This document shows positions 1 to 11,791 of a stretch of DNA of 33,481 nucleotides, one piece after another; the stretch's first letter is position 1, and the number at the start of each line of letters is the position of its first letter. Location of the stretch: positions 98,082,287-98,115,767 of the forward strand of contig NC_068987.1 in NCBI RefSeq assembly GCF_001194135.2, given 5' to 3'. This DNA comes from Octopus bimaculoides (Eukaryota). The position numbers and the translations under genes are program-made. Under the pieces are notes generated by a model. The model was not told the DNA's origin. It made no database searches and was given only the letters and a program-made list of their open reading frames with translations.

Positions 1-82
1 TATACATACACATACAAACACATATATACATACACATACTTATACATACATATATATATATATGTATGTATATAAATATGTG

Positions 83-147
<65 letters not shown>

Positions 148-170
148 ATACATATAGGTACGTATATGCG
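1..170. repeat. Compound (TA)n/(TACA)n/(TG)n microsatellite
   Basis: Directly visible simple repeats; long (TG)n run at about 95-146. Confidence 0.95.
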
Positions 171-194
171 CATTTGTGACTTGCTGTCGGCATT

Positions 195-372
195 TCTCTC
201 CTCCGATCACTTGTCAACTATCGTCGATGTGTTTACATTCCTGTAATCAAGCAAGTCAGCAGAGGAGAATCGATAAAATAAGCACCAAACTTAAAAAGAT
301 TAAGTACTAGGCTCGATTTCTTTGACTAAAATTCTTCAACTTAGTGTCCCACTACGATTGCAGTCTAGTGAT
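195..372 (+). mobile_element. Degenerate 3' half of SINE family B
   Basis: GTGTTTACATTCCTGTAA...ATCGATAAAATAAGCACCAAACTTAAAAAGATTAAGTACTAGGCTCGATTTCTTTGACT aligns by eye to the reverse complement of the 3' half of the copy at 21206-21586. It follows a (TG)n tract, as family B's internal microsatellite does. Confidence 0.6.
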
Positions 373-713
373 ACATACATACATACATACATACATACAT
401 ACACGCATACATACATACATGCACACATGCGTACATACATACATGCATACATACATGCATACATACATACATACATACATACACACATACGCACATACAC
501 ACATACGTACATACATACATACATACATGCACACATACATACACACATACGTACATACATACATACATACACACATACGTACATGCATACATAAATACAT
601 ACATACATGCATACATACATACGTACATGCATACATAAATGCATACATGCATACATACATGCATACATACATACATGCATACATAAATACATACATACAT
701 GCATACATACATG

Positions 714-745
<32 letters not shown>

Positions 746-918
746 CACACATACGTACATACATACATACATGCATACATACATGCATACATACATACAT
801 ACATGCATACATACATACATACATACATACACACATACGTACATACATACATACATACTTACATACACACATACGTACATGCATACATACATACATACAT
901 ACATACATACATACACAT
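373..918. repeat. Long (TACA)n tetranucleotide array with TGCA/CACA/CGTA variant units
   Basis: About 545 bp of TACA-type units; this array produces the HTYI/MYVC pseudo-ORFs in the track. Confidence 0.97.
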
Positions 919-1079
919 GTATTACATCAGTTGCCATATTTCATGTTTTGTTTTTCTTATCGGAATTGCTGTTATCCATTAATTATGGATCACTGATAAT
1001 GGATTGTGTCGAGGTTGTGTGAGACTCTCTCAATAGGTGGCACTGCTGACGTAGTCAGAAACTTTTGCGTTTTATCGCT

Positions 1080-1680
1080 GTCTTTCATCATCACAACCGC
1101 TACCATTACTTCTACCAACACCGTTTCAACATCGCCACCACCACAAACACCACCGCCACAGCTACCACGGTACCATTTCTACCACTACCATTTCTACCAC
1201 TACCATATCTACCACTACTGTTTACTAGGCACCAACAACTCTAACAATGTCAGCAATATCTTGATGATATCATGATGTTTAAGATGATGATGATGATGGT
1301 GGTGGTGGGGGAGGTGGTGGTAGTGATGGTCATCGTAATCGTCATCGTCGTCGCCGTCATCGTCGTCGTCATCATCAACATCATCATTATCATTATGGTC
1401 GTCGTCGTTGTCGTCTTGATAATCATCAACCTTCTCTCTATCTTCACCATTATGACAATGATGCTAATAATAATGTTGAAAATGTTGATGATGATAATGA
1501 CGATGATGATAATGTGGATTATGATCATGATCATCGTCATCGTCGTTCTCATCATCTTCATCATCATCATCGTCATCGTCATCGTCATCGTCATCATCAT
1601 CATCACCACCACCACCATCATCACCATCGGCATCATCATCATCATCATCGTCGTCGTCGTCGTCACCATCATCATCTTTG
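1080..1680. repeat. Degenerate trinucleotide low-complexity tract (CAC/CAT/GAT/CGT)
   Basis: Mosaic of (CAT)n, (GAT)n, (GGT)n and (CGT)n; source of the poly-I/V/H/M ORFs. Confidence 0.9.
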
Positions 1681-1814
1681 TCCAGCTATGTATGTGCGCT
1701 AGAAGACTTCAAAGCAACCAATGATAATATTGCTACAACCTCCATTCCTTTCTCTAGATAAAAGTATTGCAAAAGCAGGTGTGACGGTTTGCCCAATTAT
1801 CGAAGACAATTAAC

Positions 1815-1885
1815 AGAAGTGGGTGTCACACTAGAGGTATGATAGAGGGCTATGTTGACCTTAGTGAAATTCGAACCCTAATCGT
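1815..1885 (-). mobile_element. Highly degenerate fragment resembling SINE family A
   Basis: Minus strand reads GGTTCGAATTTCACTAAGGTCAACATAGCCCTCTATC: a B-box followed by similarity to family A's CGCCGAGGTCGACTTTGCCTTTCATCC. Confidence 0.4.
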
Positions 1886-2019
1886 TCAGTTCCCCTACGT
1901 GTTCAGAATTCGGTATCAAATTGTAGATGTAGTCTAGGGTTGGTATGATTGATTGATCAAGTTCGATTCACGAATATATTGTTGTGGATTTGACTGCGAA
2001 TCATAAAAATTTCGATGCA

Positions 2020-2098
2020 TATATGCATGTATGTATGTATGTATGTATGTATGTATGTATGCAGGTATCTATCTATCTATATATATATTATATACACA

Positions 2099-2142
<44 letters not shown>

Positions 2143-2152
2143 NNNNNNNNNN

Positions 2153-2193
<41 letters not shown>

Positions 2194-2338
2194 CATACAT
2201 ATATATATACATATATACATACACACAGACACACACAGACACACACACGCACACACACACATACAAACACATACATTAGTGATTGTAAGTCAGTGTGTGA
2301 CTGTATAGACAAGTGAGCAAGTGTGCACGCGTATGAGG

Positions 2339-2402
<64 letters not shown>
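2020..2402. repeat. Microsatellite cluster (TATG)n, (TA)n, (CA)n, (GA)n, (GACA)n
   Basis: Directly visible; includes a 10-N gap inside (TA)n. Confidence 0.95.
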
Positions 2403-2403
<1 letters not shown>

Positions 2404-3469
2404 GAGTAAAAGATGAAGAAAGAATGCATCTGCAAACTATGTATTGTAGGTATTGAATGTTTCGGTATGTGAATATGTGACATATGTGTGTGTGTGTATT
2501 ATATATGCATATATATATATATATATATANNNNNNNNNNNNNNNNNNNNNNNNNNNNNNNNNNNNNNNNNNNNNNNNNNNNNNNNNNNNNNNNNNNNNNN
2601 NNNNNNNNNNNNNNNNNNNNNNNNNNNNNNNNNNNNNNNNNNNNNNNNNNNNNNNNNNNNNNNNNNNNNNNNNNNNNNNNNNNNNNNNNNNNNNNNNNNN
2701 NNNNNNNNNNNNNNNNNNNNNNNNNNNNNNNNNNNNNNNNNNNNNNNNNNNNNNNNNNNNNNNNNNNNNNNNNNNNNNNNNNNNNNNNNNNNNNNNNNNN
2801 NNNNNNNNNNNNNNNNNNNNNNNNNNNNNNNNNNNNNNNNNNNNNNNNNNNNNNNNNNNNNNNNNNNNNNNNNNNNNNNNNNNNNNNNNNNNNNNNNNNN
2901 NNNNNNNNNNNNNNNNNNNNNNNNNNNNNNNNNNNNNNNNNNNNNNNNNNNNNNNNNNNNNNNNNNNNNNNNNNNNNNNNNNNNNNNNNNNNNNNNNNNN
3001 NNNNNNNNNNNNNNTATATATATATATATATATATACATATGTATATATATATGTGTGTGTGTGTGTGTATGCGTAAGGTATGTGTATGTGTTTCCGAGT
3101 GTGCATGTGTGTGTGTGTGTGTGCGTGTGGATGTATGTAGATGTGTGTGCTTGTATATTCGTGTGTCTTTCGTTGGTGTCTAAATATTATATTGGCGGGA
3201 GAAATGATAAACCGATGCTATAGCATTTGTGTGGCTTTCGTTCCGCCCGAGTTGCACAGACACTCCCTTGTCACTCTCGCCATCAAAAAAGAAAAAAGAA
3301 AATGCAGTTAACCAGAGATTGGCTTGTTGTAAACGACACTATTATTCACAAAACCTGATTGAAAAAAATAAACTACACAACATTATTATATAAACCACGT
3401 TTGTCAATGTTGCTCTCTGGAGCGTGACATGCTGTCTGTTGCCATAGAAGGAAGATTAAAACAAGATGT

Positions 3470-3514
3470 CTCTTCTACTACTACTGCTACCACCACCACC
3501 ACTACCGCCACAAT

Positions 3515-3571
<57 letters not shown>

Positions 3572-3572
3572 A
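3470..3572. repeat. (CTA)n trinucleotide microsatellite
   Basis: Directly visible, with CAC interruptions at the left end. Confidence 0.95.
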
Positions 3573-4192
3573 TTGCATCGATCCATCTGGTCAGCAAATA
3601 CAAACTGTATCTCTATGTACTATAATGGCTTGTCCAGTCAACCTTTGTATACTGCGTGACTCTATACAGTCAACATAAAATGTGTCTTTTTTTTTAACTT
3701 CGACATCTATACACTGTTTTCAGCTGCCTAGCTAATACTCACGCGCTGTATTTATTTACACATCATTGTATCTTTGTATAGAGAGTCTGTCTGTAGTCAA
3801 CAGCTACACATTGTTTCTGTATAGACAAAATCTATCTTCTTTTCATGCACCATATTTACAGGCGTCAGCGATTGTACAACACAATGTCTTCCTTTCCCTC
3901 GCACAACACAATCATCACATTTTTATGTAATAAACACAGTCTCTATCTATAGACTATCTAGGTATTTCGACAACGCATAGAAAGTTCAGCCATCTAGTCA
4001 AAATCAGCACACAGTTTTCGTTTTTAGACAGCACATAAAACTGTGCGCACAGAAGCGCGCGTGCAACCGATATCTACTCAAAGTCTATCTGTCACATCAT
4101 TATATTCACACTGAAGATTTTGTCTACTAAATCTTTAGATTATTTCTGTCGATGGAAATTTATCTGATTCTAACAACTTGTATCTCTCTCTC

Positions 4193-4224
<32 letters not shown>

Positions 4225-4474
4225 GTCTCTCTGATACATACATACATACACACACACACATCTATGTATCTATATATATATATATAAGCTTCTTGTTACA
4301 TTCCGTCTTCCGTACCAATCATTTAGGATATATATATATATAAAGTGTGTTACTGCCTGGGAGATTCTTACGGTAATAGAAAAGGAATTTTTAAACTCTT
4401 ATTTCTAAATTCGGTAAGTGGTGTAGCAGTTAGCTGACCCGTAATTATAATTATGCTCATAAGTATAGAATATT

Positions 4475-4510
<36 letters not shown>

Positions 4511-4708
4511 NNNNNNNNNNNNNNNNNNNNNNNNNNNNNNNNNNNNNNNNNNNNNNNNNNNNNNNNNNNNNNNNNNNNNNNNNNNNNNNNNNNNNNNNNN
4601 NNNNNNNNNNNNNNNNNNNNNNNNNNNNNNNNNNNNNNNNNNNNNNNNNNNNNNNNNNNNNNNNNNNNNNNNNNNNNNNNNNNNNNNNNNNNNNNNNNNN
4701 NNNNNNNN

Positions 4709-4760
<52 letters not shown>

Positions 4761-5412
4761 CACACACACACACACACACACATGCATATAAGCTTCTTGC
4801 TACACTCCGTCTTCCGTATCAATCATTTTATATATGTGTTTGTGTGTGTGTGTGTGGGTGTGTGCGTGCGTGTGTGCGTGTGTGCGTGTGTGTGATAGAC
4901 AGATAGACACATACATACATATATGCAATGCATACATACATACATACGCAGTTGATTATGCACCGTCGATTCCACTCCAATACATAACACACACAACATT
5001 CCTCTAAGATATTTTCTAGCACCCATACTGTTGATTTTCCACTGTTTATCTCTTCAATTAACATATATGCACGCTTAGCAATCCAGTTAACATATCCAGT
5101 GAACATCTAAATGCGTATCTCTAGAAAGTCGATACCAACACATATCCTCTATCTATGTAGCAACATCTACACACAATGTTGACATAGTCATTCAAAAGCT
5201 ACACACTATGTTTATCTACCCTGTCAACATCAAGTTTCTCTGTTTATTCAATGACTATCAACATTCTGTGTCTGTCTTTTCCAGTTTATATCTATATGAT
5301 CTTTTTTATTTCTCTGATGGTCATCTACACACTGTATGTATGTCTAAGTAGCTAATATGAATTCACTGTGTATATCTACTCAGTTGACATCTGCTTATGG
5401 ACTTTATCTCTG

Positions 5413-5864
5413 TTTTATCTTTTATCTTTTACTTGTTTCAGTAATTTGGCTGATGCCATGGAGTGGCACCGCCTTGAAGAATTTCTAGTCGAATGAATCG
5501 ACCTCATATATACTTAATTTTCTTATTTTTTAAGACTGGTACATATTCTATCGCTCTGTTTTGCCGAGCCGCTAAGTTACGGGGAACACGAACATACTAA
5601 ATATACCAAAACCGGTTGTGAAGCTGTGGCGGTGGTGGGGTGACAAACAGACAGACATACACACACACGCGCGCGCGCGTATAGATATACATGTACATAT
5701 ACGACTGGCTTGTTTTAGTTTCCATCCATCAAATCCACTCACAAGGCTTTGATCGACACATGGCTATAGCAGAAGACACTTACTCACGGTGTCATGCAGT
5801 GGGACTGAACCCGGAACCATGCGGCTGGGAAGCAAGTTTCTTGCCACACCACCACGCATGCGCC
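5413..5864 (-). mobile_element. SINE family B, near full length (tRNA-like head, conserved central domain, internal microsatellite, 3' tail)
   Basis: Minus strand begins GGCGCATGCGTGGTGGTGTGGCAAGAAACTTGCTTCCCAGCCGCATGGTTCCGGGTTCAGTCCCACTGC (A/B-box-like). Central domain CAAAGCCTTGTGAGTGGATTTGATGGATGGAAACT is shared with copies at 11808, 15021 and 21206. Confidence 0.9.
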
Positions 5865-5943
5865 CTTAAGCTACACATGTGCTCTTGTACGCCTGCGCTC
5901 TTGTCACGCCTACGCTCTTGCCACGCCTGCGCCCTTAGGCCAC
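5840..5943. repeat. About 17-bp minisatellite derived from the 5' tip of the adjacent SINE B
   Basis: Units CTTGTACGCCTGCGCT, CTTGTCACGCCTACGCT, CTTGCCACGCCTGCGCC run into the gap at 5944. Confidence 0.75.
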
Positions 5944-6324
5944 NNNNNNNNNNNNNNNNNNNNNNNNNNNNNNNNNNNNNNNNNNNNNNNNNNNNNNNNN
6001 NNNNNNNNNNNNNNNNNNNNNNNNNNNNNNNNNNNNNNNNNNNNNNNNNNNNNNNNNNNNNNNNNNNNNNNNNNNNNNNNNNNNNNNNNNNNNNNNNNNN
6101 NNNNNNNNNNNNNNNNNNNNNNNNNNNNNNNNNNNNNNNNNNNNNNNNNNNNNNNNNNNNNNNNNNNNNNNNNNNNNNNNNNNNNNNNNNNNNNNNNNNN
6201 NNNNNNNNNNNNNNNNNNNNNNNNNNNNNNNNNNNNNNNNNNNNNNNNNNNNNNNNNNNNNNNNNNNNNNNNNNNNNNNNNNNNNNNNNNNNNNNNNNNN
6301 NNNNNNNNNNNNNNNNNNNNNNNN

Positions 6325-6383
<59 letters not shown>

Positions 6384-6489
6384 GTGCGTGTATATTACTT
6401 AACAAATATAACTTAGAAAGGTTTCACCATTAATGTCACATGTCATGACAAACATAATTGCACTTCTTATGTTAGTGTTTTACGTAATG

Positions 6490-7620
6490 GTTTAAGACAT
6501 CGAAATCCACGAAGAATAGATGTTTGTTTGGTGATATTTATCCAACTGTCAGTAGTTAGTCTGGTATTTCTTGCAGCAATTTGTTCGCGTACCGTTTAAA
6601 TGTTAGAACTTTGTGTTTCGAGATTTCTTCAGGAATTGTCTTGACTAAGTCAGCACCTGTTGTGGTAAAAGAAGTTGTGTCATACTGTTGTTATATGATA
6701 TGAAGTCGATTACTGGACAGAGCGTATAGCTCTTGGTGACCAAACCTTGTGTATCCTTCTGAATTTGATCCCGGCATGCATTCTACAATGTTGATGGAAT
6801 ATTTTCCACACTATAGAAATAATGTAGTGCTCACGATAACTTGGAGAGCGAGAACAAAGTGTGAGATTTTTGAGGCGATTCCGAAAGCTATCTTTCCGTG
6901 ATGTTTGGCCTCGTGACTGGTACGAACTGATTAGATTTTGCGATCGATCCGGTGCGGGACAAGAATTCTAGATTATTTTTCCTGTTTTTTAAATATATTT
7001 TTGAGAGTGGCCGGGTTTATTTTTAGCATTCTCGTTTGTGAGAGTAGTCGAGTTTATTTCAGATATTCTCATTTTAAATCATTTCTGGTTAATCGTTGAG
7101 AGGACGTTGCTGTTGCCTTGGCGGAAGTTTGCACTCTCTGGGTGTTTCTGTTTATTTTTGTGATTGATCTCTAGGATGGCTTGCTCTCTCATAACATTTT
7201 GTTTCGTGTACGGCGACTGTAAAAAGCGGCAATATTCAAGGTAAGATTTAGCAAACGTTAAGAAGAAAAAAAATGATGGCATCAGGATCTTTAGATAGAA
7301 ATGTCTTAACGATCCATGATCACATTCTGGAGACCATATCGACTTTATTGCTGATTCGTGCATTCCAGCCTGAGGTTGTTTTCTGCAATTATACCTAAGT
7401 CTCTCCTGTTCTTTCACGCTACGTGAAACTCGCACAGTCGAAGAGGATATGGCTATCACCGAGTTTTCCCTGTTCCAATGTTTTCTCGTTTAGCAATATG
7501 TTACTTCTTTCGTCCATCGAATCACAACGTATAGCTTGGATTGGATTTCTATTTGGTCATATACTCCCCTTGATGACTCTCTGGAGCTTGATGATATTTA
7601 TTTCTATATATCCAGTCAAT
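6490..7620 (-). mobile_element. Decayed LINE ORF2 3' fragment (CR1/L2-group-like, post-RT region to C-terminus)
   Basis: Manual minus-strand translation across frameshifts and stops gives EIQSKLYVVIRWTKE-SNILLNEK, RDLGIIAENN, WNARISNKVDMVSRM*SWIVKTFLSKDPDAII, FLTFAKSYLEYC and IPEEISKHKVLTFKRYANKLLQEIPD. This parallels the fragment at 27420-28056. Confidence 0.8.
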
Positions 7621-7629
7621 GATGTAATT

Positions 7630-7700
7630 TAATTTGCTAGAAATAGCTACCAAATTCCTTCAAATTACAACACTACTGTCTTGAAAGTGGGAACGGCGTA
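7630..7700 (+). mobile_element. Partial copy of repeat family D
   Basis: TTGCTAGAAATAGCTACCAAATTCCTTCAAA...TCTTGAAAG matches TTGCTAGAAATAACAGCTAAATTCCTTTGAAA...TCTTAAAAG at about 18940-18995. Confidence 0.5.
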
Positions 7701-8104
7701 TCACTCAAGGGTATTCAAGCCTCGTCATGTTCTAAAATGACGAATTGTTCAAAGTTGTAGTTTCTTCTATCATATTTATTATCTACAAACTTTAAAAATT
7801 CTTACAACCAATTTTTGTGAGCTACCAAAATTTTAACAAGAGACTCTGTATCAATCTTCCAATATCGGCAATAAAAAATCTCACACGTCAAAAGAGTAAT
7901 TAACTTTGACTTCAAAACATTGAGATATTAACTAAAAGGGTAGACACAGTTATATGATTATGTCACACAATTGAATTTAAGTTTTCCCACACAATTGAAT
8001 TCAACTTTTCACAGTAAGTCTACCTTCGTCCACCAGTACAATGTTAACAACCTATTTCTCGTTGCAAAATAATAAGAACATAAATTATAATAATAAATGT
8101 TACA

Positions 8105-8312
8105 GAATTTGGTACAAGGCCAGCACGTTCAGGAGTGTAGGGCGAGTCGATTACATCTGCCCCACTATTCAACTCGTATTTATTTTATCGACCTCGAAAG
8201 GATAAAAGGTAAAATGGACCTCGCTGGAGCTTGAACCCATAATGTAAAGATGAACGAAGTGCCGCTAAGCATTTTACTCGACGTACTAACAATTCTGCCA
8301 AATCGCCGCCTT
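8105..8312 (-). mobile_element. tRNA-derived SINE family A
   Basis: Minus-strand head GGCGGCGATTTGGCAGAATTGTTAG (A-box-like) and GGGTTCAAGCTCC (B-box). Body TTTATCGACCTCGAAAGGATAAAAGG is shared with the copies at 15.9-17.5 kb. Octopus tRNA-SINEs (OK/OR1/OR2) are established, but I cannot assign a family name. Confidence 0.85.
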
Positions 8313-9074
8313 AAATACAACAGAAATAATGATTTAAAATATTTCGTAAGCTATAAAATATAAATACATCTCTGGCTCTGTTGAAACTTCGACATCTTAT
8401 ACCTTATTATGGCCATACAATCCTGGATAGGTTTACCATGCACCATATTACTGACTACAGCATCAAATCACAGCTTTGAAGAGTAAGTCGAGTGAAATAT
8501 TTATATGAAGAATAGAACGTTCATAGGCATCATTACATTGTTAAGATATTACTGCAAGTTTACATCAGCTGCACCTGTAATATAGAGTTTATTAAAAAAA
8601 CATGGCATTTCCCGTCCAATTACCAACAACCATTATCATCAAACGATCAAATAGAAAAGCAATTTTATAAATGACATAGAAATCACAGTTAATTTGTTAT
8701 TGATTGATGTTATGTAAACAATGAATTAATTATTTAACAATGAGAAGAGAGACAGAGAGACAACAAGAGAATATATTGATTAAACATCTATAAAACTATA
8801 CATGCGAATATATTTGTATGGATATATGTACGTATTTTCCGAATGCATACACTTGCGCACATAAACGCTCTTACGTGAGAGTGTGTGTTTGTGTGTGTGT
8901 GTGTACACAAAGACACGCAAATATATATTCTTATATACATACACACATACATACATACAATATATTTCTGTCGATCTAACAAGCTCACTATGGAGCAATG
9001 TCGTTAGTTATATAGGTATAGTACATAGATATTGAAACCTAACAACTGGCTATTGGCACAGCTGTGACTAAGCG

Positions 9075-9122
<48 letters not shown>

Positions 9123-9210
9123 CACACACACACACACACAGACACACACACAGACACACACACACAGATATGACAGAAAATAAATAAACACCCATAAAAC
9201 ATGTTTATTA

Positions 9211-9328
9211 TACTAGGCTTACAAAGAATAAGTTCTGGGCTCGATTCCTTCGACTAGAACACATTAAGATGATGCTCCATCATGGCTGCAGTCAAATGAC
9301 TGAAAGTTGTAACAGAATAAAAGAATAA
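9211..9328 (+). mobile_element. SINE family B, 3' tail fragment
   Basis: TACTAGGCTTACAAAGAATAAGTTCTGGGCTCGATT...CATGGCTGCAGTCAAATGACTGAAA is the reverse complement of the tail at about 21206-21305. Confidence 0.85.
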
Positions 9329-9500
9329 GAGAACAAAAATAAATGTACGATTGCTACTGTTAAGTTTACAGCTCAATATAGATTTTCAATGTCCATTCAA
9401 CTTCCACTGCAATAGTTGAACAACTGCTGTACATAATATTGATCTAGCTATGAAATACAAAGCCAATGAAGAAGGAATTATGATAAACAAAGTTTATGTT

Positions 9501-9702
9501 CCTACATACGTTTCATCGTTGTGCTTGTTTGGAACTCTGCGTGGAATGTTTCAGAACAATTCTATGCTTAACCACAACGAATCATCAGGAAACATTTCAT
9601 TGCACCTTGCATCAGAGAACTAATTTAGCATCAAAATGCACTTGGAACATATAATACAAAGTTCCAAACAAACACAGAACACAACGGTGAAACGTGTGTA
9701 GG
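9501..9702. mobile_element. MITE-like element with about 36-43 bp imperfect terminal inverted repeats
   Basis: 9501-9536 CCTACATACGTTTCATCGTTGTGCTTGTTTGGAACT versus the reverse complement of 9660-9702, CCTACACACGTTTCACCGTTGTGTTCTGTGTTTGTTTGGAACT (one indel); about 120-bp interior; no clear TSD. Confidence 0.65.
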
Positions 9703-9831
9703 GATAAATAATATAGATTTGCGTCTATCTCTTTGTTTGTCTGTCTACTTATTTGTCTGTGAGTATGTGTGTGTTTATGCCTGTGAGTGTGTGTGCGTGT
9801 CTGTATGTTTGCGTGTGTTTATGTGTGTGTG

Positions 9832-9875
<44 letters not shown>

Positions 9876-11200
9876 NNNNNNNNNNNNNNNNNNNNNNNNN
9901 NNNNNNNNNNNNNNNNNNNNNNNNNNNNNNNNNNNNNNNNNNNNNNNNNNNNNNNNNNNNNNNNNNNNNNNNNNNNNNNNNNNNNNNNNNNNNNNNNNNN
10001 NNNNNNNNNNNNNNNNNNNNNNNNNNNNNNNNNNNNNNNNNNNNNNNNNNNNNNNNNNNNNNNNNNNNNNNNNNNNNNNNNNNNNNNNNNNNNNNNNNNN
10101 NNNNNNNNNNNNNNNNNNNNNNNNNNNNNNNNNNNNNNNNNNNNNNNNNNNNNNNNNNNNNNNNNNNNNNNNNNNNNNNNNNNNNNNNNNNNNNNNNNNN
10201 NNNNNNNNNNNNNNNNNNNNNNNNNNNNNNNNNNNNNNNNNNNNNNNNNNNNNNNNNNNNNNNNNNNNNNNNNNNNNNNNNNNNNNNNNNNNNNNNNNNN
10301 NNNNNNNNNNNNNNNNNNNNNNNNNNNNNNNNNNNNNNNNNNNNNNNNNNNNNNNNNNNNNNNNNNNNNNNNNNNNNNNNNNNNNNNNNNNNNNNNNNNN
10401 NNNNNNNNNNNNNNNNNNNNNNNNNNNNNNNNNNNNNNNNNNNNNNNNNNNNNNNNNNNNNNNNNNNNNNNNNNNNNNNNNNNNNNNNNNNNNNNNNNNN
10501 NNNNNNNNNNNNNNNNNNNNNNNNNNNNNNNNNNNNNNNNNNNNNNNNNNNNNNNNNNNNNNNNNNNNNNNNNNNNNNNNNNNNNNNNNNNNNNNNNNNN
10601 NNNNNNNNNNNNNNNNNNNNNNNNNNNNNNNNNNNNNNNNNNNNNNNNNNNNNNNNNNNNNNNNNNNNNNNNNNNNNNNNNNNNNNNNNNNNNNNNNNNN
10701 NNNNNNNNNNNNNNNNTATAAAAATATATATATATCCGAGTCAGTTCAGATGAATAGATATGCATATTTATGTGGGGTGTGCGTGTATGTGTGAGCGTTT
10801 GTGTATGTGCTTGTGTGTGTGACGACGATGTATATCCGTGCAAGCGAATGGTGACGGGAGAAATCTAGGTAATCCTGTGTACTCGTACAAATATAATTTG
10901 TGATATTTGTTCCGCCCGTTTGTGAAACCATTTCCGCAGCACTCATTACGTCATAAATATTTTGTACTAACGATCGGTACGTTGCAAACTTATGAGTAGC
11001 ATCGTTATTGTTGACAAAATATGGTAAAAATCAATGAAACATATTGCTGTATTCTACTCGTTTGTCATGTATATATAAATTGTATAAGTATGTACCTGAT
11101 ATATATTCATTGTTTAAGGTCTATGTTTAAATTATGTATAAAATCCTTTTATTTGCGATTATTTATTTGGGTGTGGTCCTACGTGCATGGATGAATCTGT

Positions 11201-11260
11201 TTCTATTCTTTTATTCTTCTACTTCTTTCAGACATTTGACTACGGCCATGATGGAGCACC
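11201..11260 (-). mobile_element. SINE family B, 3'-terminal fragment
   Basis: CTTCTTTCAGACATTTGACTACGGCCATGATGGAGCACC matches the family B terminus. Confidence 0.75.
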
Positions 11261-11603
11261 ATGTTTATAATTTTATGCTTGATTGCATAAGAATAAGCTT
11301 TGGGTAAGATTTTATTCATTAATTTTAGATGAAGAAAAATATTTCTTCATTATTCTTTTATGCTTTTACTTTTTCAGTCAGTTGAGAGCAGCCATGCTGG
11401 AGCATCATCTTAAAGGGTTTTAGTGGAAGAAACCGACCCCAGGACTTATTCTTTGTAATTCTAGTTCTTATTCTATCGGTCAATTTTACCGAACCGCTAA
11501 GTAACGGAGTCACAAATGCAACAGCATCGGTTTTCAAGCAATGTCAGGGGGACAAACACATACACAAACACACACATAAGTATACACTGTATATGCACAT
11601 ATA

Positions 11604-11791
11604 TGGGAGAATATACAAATTATAACAACAGACGAGGACAGGTGGTGTAAATAACAAAAGTATATATTAGTATGACGCTCGGGAAAACGGAAAGTCTTTG
11701 ACGTTTCGAGCTACGCTCTTCAACAGAAAGAATACGGAGACAAGGAGAAAAACACGGAGAAAAAAAATTGAATAGTGTTCAGTCAACGGTC
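11604..11791 (-). mobile_element. Short non-coding insert with a minimal hammerhead motif (putative Penelope-like pLTR-derived or non-autonomous element, family H2)
   Basis: Not homologous to SINE B, bordered by TA/CA-rich sequence, and contains the hammerhead at 11695-11731. Ends are approximate. Confidence 0.6.
11695..11731 (-). ncRNA. Minimal type I hammerhead ribozyme motif, A6U core variant
   Basis: Minus strand TCTTT-CTGTTGA-A-GAGC-GTA-GCTC-GAAACGTC-AAAGA: 5-bp stem I, 4-bp stem II, palindromic ACGT in place of stem III, GUC cleavage triplet. Activity is untested. Confidence 0.65.

Noticed and set aside
322-1724. Long overlapping ORFs (HTYI/MYVC repeats; poly-I/V/H/M)
   Set aside because: They are translations of (TACA)n and trinucleotide repeats that lack stops in several frames on both strands at once; there is no domain or splice evidence.
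3570-5400. Diffuse similarity between 3570-4150 and 5020-5400 (TCTACAC/TCTATAC/GTCAACAT words)
   Set aside because: Possibly an old degenerate satellite or TE, but I could not define a unit or boundaries by eye.
8420-8490. Possible small exon ending GAAGA/GTAAGT
   Set aside because: The acceptor is weak, only one frame is open and the peptide is unrecognisable; it cannot be supported without transcripts.
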